From Candidatus Krumholzibacteriales bacterium (GTDB lineage Bacteria > Krumholzibacteriota > Krumholzibacteriia > Krumholzibacteriales > WJIX01), in contig JAWODM010000046.1 in NCBI GenBank assembly GCA_046483305.1, forward strand, positions 32,001 through 96,000: 64,000 nucleotides of DNA, read 5' to 3'. The position numbers and the translations under genes are program-made. Within the stretch, counting starts at the first letter, position 1. Each line of letters opens with the position of its first letter. Positions 38,675-47,849 of the stretch are shown here, piece after piece. Under the pieces are notes generated by a model that saw only the letters and a program-made list of their open reading frames with translations, was not told the origin of the DNA and searched no databases.

Positions 38675-39647
38675 TTCTGCCTCCCCCGTACGTGATCCTG
38701 GGATCAAGCAACGCGTATCCGATGTCCGCAAGCAGGTTTCCGAATATTACCATTACCCCCACCACAAAGTTTACCGCCAGCACCACCGGGTAATCCCTGG
38801 TATAAATAGCCCCCACCGCCAGCCTGCCCATCCCCGGCCAGGAGAATATCCTTTCCACCACCACCGATCCCCCCAGGAGGAAAGGGAAAGAAAGGCCGAT
38901 CAGGGTAACCACAGGGAGAGCGGCATTCCTGAAGGCGTGTTTGAAAAACACCTTCTTTCCCAACAGCCCCTTCGCCCTGGCGGTACGGATATAGTCCTGC
39001 TGAAGAATATCTATCATGCTACCCCTCATGTAGCGGGCCATCCCCGCTGCCGAAGCCACTCCCAGAACGAAGGCCGGTAGTATCAGGTGCCTGACCCGGT
39101 CGGCCAGCAGCCCAAGCCAGCCGGCTCCATCCATTCCCAGAGACTGCATGTGGGATGAAGGGAGAATACCCAGTTTAAGCGAAAAGAGAAATATCAGCAT
39201 CAGAGAGAGCCAGAATGACGGGATCGAATAAACCAGAAGAGCGGAAACCGTGGTTATCCTGTCAAAGAAAGTGCCTTTTTTTGCCGCCGAGAAAAGTCCG
39301 AGCATCACTCCGGTTATTACATATAGAAGGAGGGCGGGGATGGTCAGCCGCAGGGTATTGGGAACCGACTCCAGTATCAGATCTCTTACCGGCCGGTTAT
39401 ACTGGAAAGAGACTCCGAAATCACCCCTGCAGAAGTTGGAGGTCCACTTGATATACTGAATAGGGAGGGGTTGATCGAGCCCCAGCCTGGCCCTCATCAT
39501 TTCCACTGTTTCCGGGGGTATCTCCGGATTTTCATATCTGGACATCGGATCGCCCGGAGCCAGATGGAGCAGGAAGAAGGTAATGGTCAGTACCAGGAAG
39601 ATCAGAACCAGCGACTGGAGCAGTCTCTTCAATATGAACACGGCCAT
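38667..39647 (-). CDS. oppB: Oligopeptide ABC permease (OppB)
   Basis: LAPGDP, GLDQPL, DYIRTARAKGL, DPRI. Confidence 0.93.
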   Translation of the reverse strand: MAVFILKRLLQSLVLIFLVLTITFFLLHLAPGDPMSRYENPEIPPETVEMMRARLGLDQPLPIQYIKWTSNFCRGDFGVSFQYNRPVRDLILESVPNTLRLTIPALLLYVITGVMLGLFSAAKKGTFFDRITTVSALLVYSIPSFWLSLMLIFLFSLKLGILPSSHMQSLGMDGAGWLGLLADRVRHLILPAFVLGVASAAGMARYMRGSMIDILQQDYIRTARAKGLLGKKVFFKHAFRNAALPVVTLIGLSFPFLLGGSVVVERIFSWPGMGRLAVGAIYTRDYPVVLAVNFVVGVMVIFGNLLADIGYALLDPRITYGGGRNE

Positions 39648-39669
39648 GATTCACCGCCTCAGAAAGTTA

Positions 39670-40455
39670 TCAGTATCGTCCCATTATCTCCGATTTCCCG
39701 GACGCAGCGCAATCTATTTCATCCCTCTCCTTTTCAGAAAGAACCAGCCGTTCAAAGTCCGCCCCCATCAGACGCGTGAATGCCTCCCTGACCGCGTCTC
39801 TGATCTTTTCGTAACCGGGATCCGAACCGGCCTGCTCGCAGAGGCTGGTTATCCGCTCACTTACATCCTGCCAGCCGCCGGGAAGATACCTGCTGATCAT
39901 CCGGGATCCCTTTCCCCTCAGGATCGAACCGTGCTGCAGAAAGAACTCTCCCCACCGGCGCTGGGCGCTTCCCATTATCTTTTTTCCTCCGGCGGTAATT
40001 TCGTACCTGCTGACTGACGCGAGGCACGGTGAATTCGACGATCTTTCGCGCTGCTTCCTTCCTCCGGAAAGAGACGCCCGCACTCCCAGAGAACGGAGGG
40101 CTTCTATCAGAACTTCCGATATCCGGATGAAGGTCTCGCCGAGCCGGGCCCCGAAAATATCTCCTTGGCTGCCGGCGGTTATGCAGTAGGTAAACTCCTC
40201 ATGGTGCAGCAATGCCCTGCCCCCGGTGATCCTTTTAACCAGGTCGATCCCGTCACCCGAGACCGCCCGGAGGTCCAGCGCCTCTTCCGGGTCCTGGTGA
40301 AACCCGATACTTATGCAGGGAGGTTCAAACGAATAGGTCCTCAGAATAATCTGGTCGGGATTTCTCCTCACCCTGTTGAAAATGTGCTCGTCTCTCGCCA
40401 TATTCCGGGCGCCACTCATGGGCCCGTCATCAAGGAAATACCAGCGGGGCATCAT
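39670..40455 (-). CDS. Lipoate-protein ligase family / LipM-like octanoyltransferase
   Basis: NMARDE, RITGGRALLH, KKIMGSAQRR, LQHGSI. Adjacent to the gcv genes. Confidence 0.9.
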   Translation of the reverse strand: MMPRWYFLDDGPMSGARNMARDEHIFNRVRRNPDQIILRTYSFEPPCISIGFHQDPEEALDLRAVSGDGIDLVKRITGGRALLHHEEFTYCITAGSQGDIFGARLGETFIRISEVLIEALRSLGVRASLSGGRKQRERSSNSPCLASVSRYEITAGGKKIMGSAQRRWGEFFLQHGSILRGKGSRMISRYLPGGWQDVSERITSLCEQAGSDPGYEKIRDAVREAFTRLMGADFERLVLSEKERDEIDCAASGKSEIMGRY

Positions 40456-41906
40456 TTATCCTCTGCAAACTGCTCATCCCACGACCATCGTAAATCGGGA
40501 TTCCGGGCCGCCCTGACTTCGTCAAGCCTTCTAACCGGGGTGTTTACCGGGGCCTCTTTCAGAAGCTGCGGGTTTTCAGCCGCTTCTCCGGCCACTCTCT
40601 CCATAATGGAGGCGAATTGATCCAGGGTCTCTTTCTTTTCGGTCTCCACCGGCTCGATCATTAGAGCCTCACTCACAATAAGAGGAAAATATACAGTGGG
40701 AGCGTGGACTCCCAGATCGAGAAGGCGTTTGGCGACGTCCAGGGTCTTGATACCGTACTCCTTGAGGGGATCCGAGGATACGACGAATTCGTGCATGCAT
40801 GGTCCGGGATACTTCACCGTATAGTGCCTGCCTGTAAGTTTCATCAGGTAATTCGCGTTGATAATCGCGTTCTCGGATACCTCTCTCAATCCTTCCGCCC
40901 CCATCCTGAGTATATAGGCATACGCCTTGATGAAAACGTTGAAATTTCCGTAGTACGAATGAATCTTGCCGATACTCTTCTCCGAATGGTAATCCAGCTC
41001 GTACCGCTCCCCTTTCCTTACCGGGCGGGGAACCGGGAGGTAATCGGCCAGATGCTCCAGTACCCCTACCGGGCCGGATCCGGGCCCTCCGCCGCCATGG
41101 GGAGTGGAAAATGTCTTGTGGAGGTTAACATGCATGATATCTATGCCGATTCTTCCGGGGCGAACAATACCCATCAGAGCGTTCATATTCGCTCCGTCCA
41201 TGTAAATCAGGGCGCCGGCGTCATGCACTATCTCGATAATATCCCCGATATCCTTTTCAAACAATCCAAGGGTATTGGGCAGGGTAAGCATCAGGACGGC
41301 TGTCTTTTCGTCAATCTTCTCCCTCAGCGTATCCGGGTCTATCATACCCCTCTGATCAGATTTTACAGTCTCCGGCTTGAATCCGCAGATAGCCACACTG
41401 GCCGGATTGGTGCCATGGGCCGAATCAGGTACCAGTACAGTCCTTCTTGTCTCTCCCCGGTCCCGGAAATAGGCCCTCGCTATCATCATCCCGGCAAGCT
41501 CCCCGTGAGCGCCTGCCGCCGGCTGCAGGGAAAAGGCGTCCATCCCGCATATCTCGCAGAGCGACTCCTGGAGTTTGTACATCACTTCCAGGGCTCCCTG
41601 CAGATCATCTGCGTGCTGTTCCGGATGCAGGCCTCCGAATTCGCCCATCGCCGCCAGCTCCTCGTTAATCACCGGATTGTACTTCATGGTGCAGCTGCCC
41701 AGGGGGTATATTCCCTTATCTATATGGTAATTTCTGGAGGCGAGCTCGCAGAAATGCCTGATCACTCCCTGTTCTCCGATCCGGGGAAGGTTCATGGGGG
41801 AGCTCCTCTGAATCACCAGTTTGTCCCGGTCGACCGGACAATCATTCTCCGGTATGTAATCGCCGCTTCTTCCGTTGATACCCTTCTCAAATATCGTCTT
41901 ACTCAT
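40452..41906 (-). CDS. gcvPB: Glycine dehydrogenase (decarboxylating) subunit 2
   Basis: YPLGSCTMKYNP, HVNLHKTFSTPHGGGGPG (PLP lysine). Confidence 0.97.
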   Translation of the reverse strand: MSKTIFEKGINGRSGDYIPENDCPVDRDKLVIQRSSPMNLPRIGEQGVIRHFCELASRNYHIDKGIYPLGSCTMKYNPVINEELAAMGEFGGLHPEQHADDLQGALEVMYKLQESLCEICGMDAFSLQPAAGAHGELAGMMIARAYFRDRGETRRTVLVPDSAHGTNPASVAICGFKPETVKSDQRGMIDPDTLREKIDEKTAVLMLTLPNTLGLFEKDIGDIIEIVHDAGALIYMDGANMNALMGIVRPGRIGIDIMHVNLHKTFSTPHGGGGPGSGPVGVLEHLADYLPVPRPVRKGERYELDYHSEKSIGKIHSYYGNFNVFIKAYAYILRMGAEGLREVSENAIINANYLMKLTGRHYTVKYPGPCMHEFVVSSDPLKEYGIKTLDVAKRLLDLGVHAPTVYFPLIVSEALMIEPVETEKKETLDQFASIMERVAGEAAENPQLLKEAPVNTPVRRLDEVRAARNPDLRWSWDEQFAEDK

Positions 41907-43260
41907 GGCCACCTCCAATCCCCGCCGCTATATCCCTGTAGAGTTCCAGTTCTTCTCTCTTCCTTTTTTCGGTAACCGATACCAGCAGGGCGGAATCTCC
42001 CAGCTCCGGAAAGTCGGAACCAACGGGAATTCCCGGCAGCAGCCCTTCCTTTCTGGCGATCTCGATAAACCTGTCGGCCCCGACCGGCAATTCCAGAATG
42101 AACTCCTGGAAGAAATCACCGCTGAATACAGGCCGGAATCCGGGTATTTCGGTCAGCATGTCGTACAACGCCCGGGATTTGGAGGCGCTCTGAAGAGCCA
42201 CTTCCCGGAATCCCTCTTCTCCCAGCGTGGACAGGTACACCGTTGCGGCAAGAGCGCAAAGCCCCTGGTTGGTGCAGATATTAGAAGTCGCCTTCTCTCT
42301 TCTGATATGCTGCTCCCTGGTCTGGAGAGTCATAACGTAACCACGCCTGCCGTCAACATCAACAGTGCCGCTTATAAGCCGCCCCGGACATTTCCTTACA
42401 TACTTTTCCCTGGCCGCGATAAACCCTATCAGGGGGCCTCCGAAACTCTGGGGAAGGCCCAGCGACTGCCCCTCGCCCACCGCTATATCCGCGCCGTACT
42501 CTCCCGGCGGTGAGAGCAACGCCAGCGAAACCGGTTCCACATATGCGATCATCAGGGCGGGTGATTCGTTCACTATGCCGGCTATCCGGGAGGTGTCCTC
42601 GACCACGCCGAAATAGTTAGGCTGGGCGGTCACCACCGCGGCCACCTCCGGGGTCAGGGCCTTCTCGAGCTCCTCTATATCGACTGTTCCCCGATCGGTA
42701 TAGGGAAGATACCGAAGCTCTACACTCTTGCCCACCGAATAGGATTTGAGTACATCCCTGATTCTCCGCGGAAGCGAAGAGGGCAGAAGCACCAGGTTCT
42801 TTTTCCTTACCGCGCAGGCCATCAGAATCGATTCCGCCAGAGCGGTGGCTCCGTCATAAAGCGAGGCGTTAGCCACATCCATCCCGGTAAGCCCGCATAT
42901 CATGCTCTGATATTCATATATCGCCTGCAGGGTCCCCTGGCTCACTTCAGCCTGATAGGGAGTATAGGAAGTGTAGAATTCATTCCTGGAAAGGACAAAC
43001 CTGACGGTGGCCGGAATGATGCGGTCGTAAATCCCGCCTCCCAGGAAACTGGCCATCTCCGAGGAGGGCCTGTTCCCGGATGCGATCTCCCTGAATCTGT
43101 CTACTATTTCAGATTCCGACATCCGGCCCGGAAGATCAAGTTCTCCCTCTACCCTGAACCGCTCCGGAACCGGCTCCAGCAGCTCGTCCAGGGAAGATAC
43201 ACCGATCGTTTCCAGCATCTTCTTTCTGTCTTCATCAGTATTCTGAACGTAACTCATCAA
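41899..43260 (-). CDS. gcvPA: Glycine dehydrogenase (decarboxylating) subunit 1
   Basis: YTPYQAEVSQG, NASLYDGATA, TREQHIRREKATSNICT. Confidence 0.97.
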   Translation of the reverse strand: MMSYVQNTDEDRKKMLETIGVSSLDELLEPVPERFRVEGELDLPGRMSESEIVDRFREIASGNRPSSEMASFLGGGIYDRIIPATVRFVLSRNEFYTSYTPYQAEVSQGTLQAIYEYQSMICGLTGMDVANASLYDGATALAESILMACAVRKKNLVLLPSSLPRRIRDVLKSYSVGKSVELRYLPYTDRGTVDIEELEKALTPEVAAVVTAQPNYFGVVEDTSRIAGIVNESPALMIAYVEPVSLALLSPPGEYGADIAVGEGQSLGLPQSFGGPLIGFIAAREKYVRKCPGRLISGTVDVDGRRGYVMTLQTREQHIRREKATSNICTNQGLCALAATVYLSTLGEEGFREVALQSASKSRALYDMLTEIPGFRPVFSGDFFQEFILELPVGADRFIEIARKEGLLPGIPVGSDFPELGDSALLVSVTEKRKREELELYRDIAAGIGGGHE

Positions 43261-43321
43261 TTATCCTTTGTGCTGATCGACAACCGCTCCCGGGTCCCGG
43301 AGAGGACCGGAAAACGGCCTG

Positions 43322-43699
43322 TTACTCGCCTATGAACTCCTTATACTGCTCGAAATCGAGCATCTCATTAATTTCACTGTCGTCTTCTACCTTTATTTTG
43401 AGGAACCATCCGTCTTCGTAGGGAGATTCCTTGATCAGCCCCGGATCGTCCACGATATCATTATTTATCTCAACCACTTCGCCGGAAACCGGTGAGAAGA
43501 GGTCCGCCACTGTCTTGACCGCCTCGATAGTTCCTATCGAATCCCTCTGCTGAACAGGCTCGCCTACCTCGGGAAGCTCAACGAAGACTATATCCCCCAG
43601 CTCCTCACAGGCATATTTGCTGATCCCCACCACCGCGACGCCATCTTCGATATATACCCATTCGTGTTCCTCGGTGAATCTGAATTCTTCCATATTCAT
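43322..43699 (-). CDS. gcvH: Glycine cleavage system H protein
   Basis: HEWV, LGDIVFVELP, IEAVKT (lipoyl Lys), SPYEDGW. Confidence 0.96.
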   Translation of the reverse strand: MNMEEFRFTEEHEWVYIEDGVAVVGISKYACEELGDIVFVELPEVGEPVQQRDSIGTIEAVKTVADLFSPVSGEVVEINNDIVDDPGLIKESPYEDGWFLKIKVEDDSEINEMLDFEQYKEFIGE

Positions 43700-43721
43700 G
43701 CTCTACACCCGCCTTTCTTGT

Positions 43722-44828
43722 TCAGTCCCTGACCCTTCCCTGATAGAAGGGCAGTTTTACCCGTTTCGCTTTCTTCTTTTCTCCTCTGATATCTATTTCA
43801 AACTCCCTGACCTGCCTGGGTACGGTCCGCTCGATCAATGCCATGGCAAGCGGCTTCTTCAGGGTGGGAGCGAAAGTTCCGGAGGTGACACTTCCGGATT
43901 TTTCTCCTTCAGCGTAAACGTCAAATCCCTGCCTGGGAATACCCCGGCCGGCCATCTCCAGGCCGATAAGCTTTCTTTCCGGTTTGTTCTTCTTTTCCTC
44001 GACAAGAGAGTCCTTCCCAACGAAGTCATCCTTGTCCAGTTTGACCACCCAGGAGAGCCTGGCCTCCAGCGGGGAAGTCTCCTCGTTTATCTCGTGTCCG
44101 TACAGGCAGTATCCGGCTTCGAATCTCAGGGTATCCCTGGCCCCAAGGCCCGCCGGCTGAGCGCCAAGTTCTGCCCCATTATCCAGCAAATCCTCCCAGG
44201 CTTCCACCACCTGGTCCGGGGGCAGATATATCTCGTAACCTTTTTCCCCGGTGTAACCGGTCCTGGAGATGATCACCTCTTCACCCCGGTTGCCGAAGGT
44301 GAAGAAATTATAGTAATTCAGCTCCCGCAGCCTGTCTCTTACCGGAGTGAATACCCCGCTTTTGAGCAGCAGCTCCAGGGAGAGCGGACCCTGAACCGCT
44401 ATCTGAGCTATATCATCTGATTTATTGTTAACATCTACACCATCCCAGGCGATGCTCTTCAGGTGGCGGTATATTTTTTCGTAATTGGCCGCGTTGGCTA
44501 CAAACAGAATCCTCTTTTCAGAGAACCGATAAACCAGCAGGTCGTCCAGGATACCTCCGTCATCCCTGCAGCAGACAGTGTAGCATATACCCCCTTCATC
44601 AAGAGAATCCACCCGGTTGGTAACAGCGTAATCCGCAAACTCCAGGGCCCGGTCCCCGGTAATCTCTATCTCTCCCATGTGGCTTACATCGAATAGTCCA
44701 ACTTTCTCGCGGACGGCATTGTGTTCCCTGACTATCCCGGTGTAAGAGACCGGCATCATGAAACCGGCGAAATCCACCATCCTGCCTCCGCTCTCAACGT
44801 GATTCCGGTAGAGAGCTGTTTTCTTCAT
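43722..44828 (-). CDS. gcvT: Glycine cleavage aminomethyltransferase T
   Basis: LFDVSHMGE, SRTGYTGEKGYE, GLGARDTLRFEAG. Confidence 0.97.
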   Translation of the reverse strand: MKKTALYRNHVESGGRMVDFAGFMMPVSYTGIVREHNAVREKVGLFDVSHMGEIEITGDRALEFADYAVTNRVDSLDEGGICYTVCCRDDGGILDDLLVYRFSEKRILFVANAANYEKIYRHLKSIAWDGVDVNNKSDDIAQIAVQGPLSLELLLKSGVFTPVRDRLRELNYYNFFTFGNRGEEVIISRTGYTGEKGYEIYLPPDQVVEAWEDLLDNGAELGAQPAGLGARDTLRFEAGYCLYGHEINEETSPLEARLSWVVKLDKDDFVGKDSLVEEKKNKPERKLIGLEMAGRGIPRQGFDVYAEGEKSGSVTSGTFAPTLKKPLAMALIERTVPRQVREFEIDIRGEKKKAKRVKLPFYQGRVRD

Positions 44829-44867
44829 ACTGCCTTTCTCCAATCCGCCTGGCCATCAGGCTGTTCC

Positions 44868-44921
44868 AAAAACCGGCCGCGGGCCCGGGGTGCCCTTTTT
44901 CAGGGCAGCCGGCCCGGCCGC
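44868..44921 (-). terminator. GC-rich hairpin with U-tract between uvrA and gcvT
   Basis: Minus strand: CGGCCGGGCCGGCTGCCCT-GAAAA-AGGGCACCCCGGGCCCGCGGCCGG-TTTTT. Confidence 0.5.
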
Positions 44922-44954
44922 GAACGGTATCCCAAGAAGACTAACATAATAAAA

Positions 44955-47849
44955 TCAGTTTTTCCTGACATATTTGTTCAATATCCTGCCTGTGTAAGAA
45001 CTCCGGCAGCCCAGAATATCGGCCGGGCTGCCGCTGAAAACTATCTCTCCGCCCCGGGCCCCGCCTTCCGGGCCAAGGTCTATTATATGATCGGCGTGCC
45101 TTATAACATCGGGGTTATGCTCGATAACGATTACCGTATTTCCCCGGTCTACCAGTCTGTTTAAAAGGTTCATCAGCAGTTTGACGTCCTCAAAATGCAG
45201 GCCCGTGCTGGGTTCATCGAGTATATACAGGGTACTCCCGGTACCCTTCCTGGACAGTTCCGAGGCCAGTTTGACCCGCTGGGCTTCACCGCCGGAGAGG
45301 GTCGTCGCCGACTGCCCAAGTCGAATATAACCGAGACCGACATCTTTTAAAACCTTTAATCTCCGTTTTACGGCTGGAATATTCTCAAAGAAATTGTATG
45401 CTTCGTCAACGGTTAAATCCAGTACCTCCGCAATATTCAAATTCCTGTAAGTGACATCCAGGGTCTCCCGGTTATATCTCTTCCCCCCGCATTTATGACA
45501 GGTGACGTATACATCGGGCAGAAAATGCATTTCGATCTTTCTGACCCCTCCCCCTCCGCATTCCTCACACCTTCCCCCCTTTACATTGAAACTGAATCTC
45601 CCCGGGCGGTATCCCCTCATTCTGGAAACCGGGAGTTCGGAGAACAGCTTCCTCACCGGAGTGAATATTCCGGTGTAAGTTGCCGGATTTGAGCGGGGAG
45701 TTCTTCCTATGGGGGACTGATCGATATTAACGACTTTATCTATATGTTCCGCCCCCCTGATCGTTCCGTATTCCAGCGGAAGGCTCTTGCTTCTGTAGAA
45801 CATCCTTCGCAGAGCCGCGTAGAGAGTGTCGCAGACCAGGGTGCTCTTGCCCGAACCGGAAACACCGGTAACGCATATCAGTTTCCCCAGGGGGAATTCA
45901 GCATCAATCCCCTTCAGGTTATTTCCCCTGCTTCCCTCCAGAACCAATTCCTTCCCCTGGTCCCTTTCGGAGCCGTCCTTGAGCTCGAAATACTGCTCAC
46001 TCGCCAGGTAACGCCCGGTAAGGCTTTTCTTCGATGCCATCACGCTGCCGCTGTCCCCCTCGGCAACCAGCCTGCCTCCCAGCTCTCCCGCCCCGGGTCC
46101 CAGATCTATTATATGGTCGGCCGCCATAATGGTTTCCCTGTCATGTTCTATTACCACTACCGTATTCCCGGCTTCGCTCATACTCTTGAGAGCGGATATC
46201 AGCCTGGCGTTATCTCTCTGGTGCAGCCCTATGGTGGGTTCATCCAGAATATATAGAACCCCCACCAGTTTAGTCCCCAGCTGGGTGGCAAGCCTGATAC
46301 GCTGAATTTCGCCTCCTGCCAGGGTGTCGGCCGAACGGGACAGGGTCAGATAATCAAGCCCGACATTTACAAGGAAATCCAGCCGCTCTGTAATTTCATT
46401 CATAAGCGGAGCGGCGATCATCTTCCTGTTGCCCTCGAATGAAAGGTTCCTGAAAAACACGGAGATATCTTCTATGGACATATCCGTTACCCCGGTAATA
46501 TTCATTCCGTTCAGGGTTACCGCCAGCCCCTCCTCCCTGAGTCTCATCCCTCCGCACCGGGAACACTTCTCCCTGGTCATGAAATCCTCGCACCAGCTCC
46601 TGATCCTTCCCGAATCGGTCTGGTGGTAACGCCGTCTCAGATTGGGGATGATCCCTTCCCATTCGGTTACGTATTCTCCATGACCCTTTTCGAAATCGTA
46701 CTTCACTACTATCTCACCGTCTGAACCGTGAAGGATAATATCCACAGCTTCACCGGGCAGTTCGCTGAAAGGCGCCTCCAGCGAAAACCCGTATTCCCGG
46801 GACAGAGCCCTCAATCTCTGCCCAAACCAGTTATCCTTGAGTTTCCCCACCGAAGCGATCGCGCCGTCCTCTATGGAAAGGGACCTGTCCGGCACGATAA
46901 TTTCCGGGGAAAAGTCCATGGTGGTTCCCAGCCCGTGACATTCGGGACAAGCTCCGTAGGGAGAGTTGAACGAGAACAGCCGGGGAGAGATCTCCCTGAA
47001 ACTTATATTGCAGTAGGGGCAGGAGTGTTCAAGGCTGAAAAAGACCTCTCTGTCCCCGCCGATCAGGGCCAGAATTACGCCGCCGGCGGCATTCAGAGCG
47101 GTTTCCACCGAATCGGCCATCCTATCCCGGCTCTCCGGCCTGATTCGGAGCCTGTCCACTACCACTTCCAGGTCATGCTTCCTGTTCCCGTTGATGCTGA
47201 TATCTTCATCTATACCGTGAATCTCTCCGTCCAGGCGGATACGGGTGTAACCCTTCCCGGCCAGCTGATTCAGCAGCGCTTTGTGCTTGCCTTTCTTTCC
47301 CCGGACCATCGGAGCCATAATAACCAGCCTGGTTCCCTCCTCTTCCATGGAGAGAGTGTCGACTATCTGGGAAACCGACTGCCTGGATATCTCCCTGCCG
47401 CACCCCGGACAGTGCGGGATGCCCGCTCTGGCATACAGGACTCTGAGATAATCGTATATCTCAGTTATGGTTCCCACAGTGGACCTGGGGTTTCTGGATA
47501 TTTTCCTCTGATCGATTGATATCGCCGGAGAAAGCCCCTCGATGCTGTCCACATCCGGTTTTTCCATCTGCTCCAGGAACTGGCGCGCGTAACTGGAAAG
47601 CGATTCCACATAGCGTCTCTGGCCTTCAGCATATATGGTATCGTAAGCGAGGGAGGATTTGCCCGAACCGCTCAGGCCGGTTATTACCACGAACCTGTTC
47701 CGGGGTATTCTTACAGTTATATTCTTGAGATTGTGTTCTCTGGCTCCCCTGACAATCAGATAATCCCTGTCATTCTCAGAACTTTTCACCATGGAGGCGT
47801 TTACTCTCTTCTTTTTACTTCTGTCCGTCTGTCTGTTTCTGCCTGTCAT
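44955..47849 (-). CDS. uvrA: Excinuclease ABC subunit A
   Basis: GAREHNLKNI, two Walker A motifs (GLSGSGKSS; GVSGSGKST), zinc fingers, LSGGEAQRVKLA. Confidence 0.98.
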   Translation of the reverse strand: MTGRNRQTDRSKKKRVNASMVKSSENDRDYLIVRGAREHNLKNITVRIPRNRFVVITGLSGSGKSSLAYDTIYAEGQRRYVESLSSYARQFLEQMEKPDVDSIEGLSPAISIDQRKISRNPRSTVGTITEIYDYLRVLYARAGIPHCPGCGREISRQSVSQIVDTLSMEEEGTRLVIMAPMVRGKKGKHKALLNQLAGKGYTRIRLDGEIHGIDEDISINGNRKHDLEVVVDRLRIRPESRDRMADSVETALNAAGGVILALIGGDREVFFSLEHSCPYCNISFREISPRLFSFNSPYGACPECHGLGTTMDFSPEIIVPDRSLSIEDGAIASVGKLKDNWFGQRLRALSREYGFSLEAPFSELPGEAVDIILHGSDGEIVVKYDFEKGHGEYVTEWEGIIPNLRRRYHQTDSGRIRSWCEDFMTREKCSRCGGMRLREEGLAVTLNGMNITGVTDMSIEDISVFFRNLSFEGNRKMIAAPLMNEITERLDFLVNVGLDYLTLSRSADTLAGGEIQRIRLATQLGTKLVGVLYILDEPTIGLHQRDNARLISALKSMSEAGNTVVVIEHDRETIMAADHIIDLGPGAGELGGRLVAEGDSGSVMASKKSLTGRYLASEQYFELKDGSERDQGKELVLEGSRGNNLKGIDAEFPLGKLICVTGVSGSGKSTLVCDTLYAALRRMFYRSKSLPLEYGTIRGAEHIDKVVNIDQSPIGRTPRSNPATYTGIFTPVRKLFSELPVSRMRGYRPGRFSFNVKGGRCEECGGGGVRKIEMHFLPDVYVTCHKCGGKRYNRETLDVTYRNLNIAEVLDLTVDEAYNFFENIPAVKRRLKVLKDVGLGYIRLGQSATTLSGGEAQRVKLASELSRKGTGSTLYILDEPSTGLHFEDVKLLMNLLNRLVDRGNTVIVIEHNPDVIRHADHIIDLGPEGGARGGEIVFSGSPADILGCRSSYTGRILNKYVRKN

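Noticed and set aside
44829..44954. Glycine riboswitch upstream of gcvT
   Set aside because: The gap is short, lacks the tandem aptamer consensus, and contains only a terminator-like hairpin.
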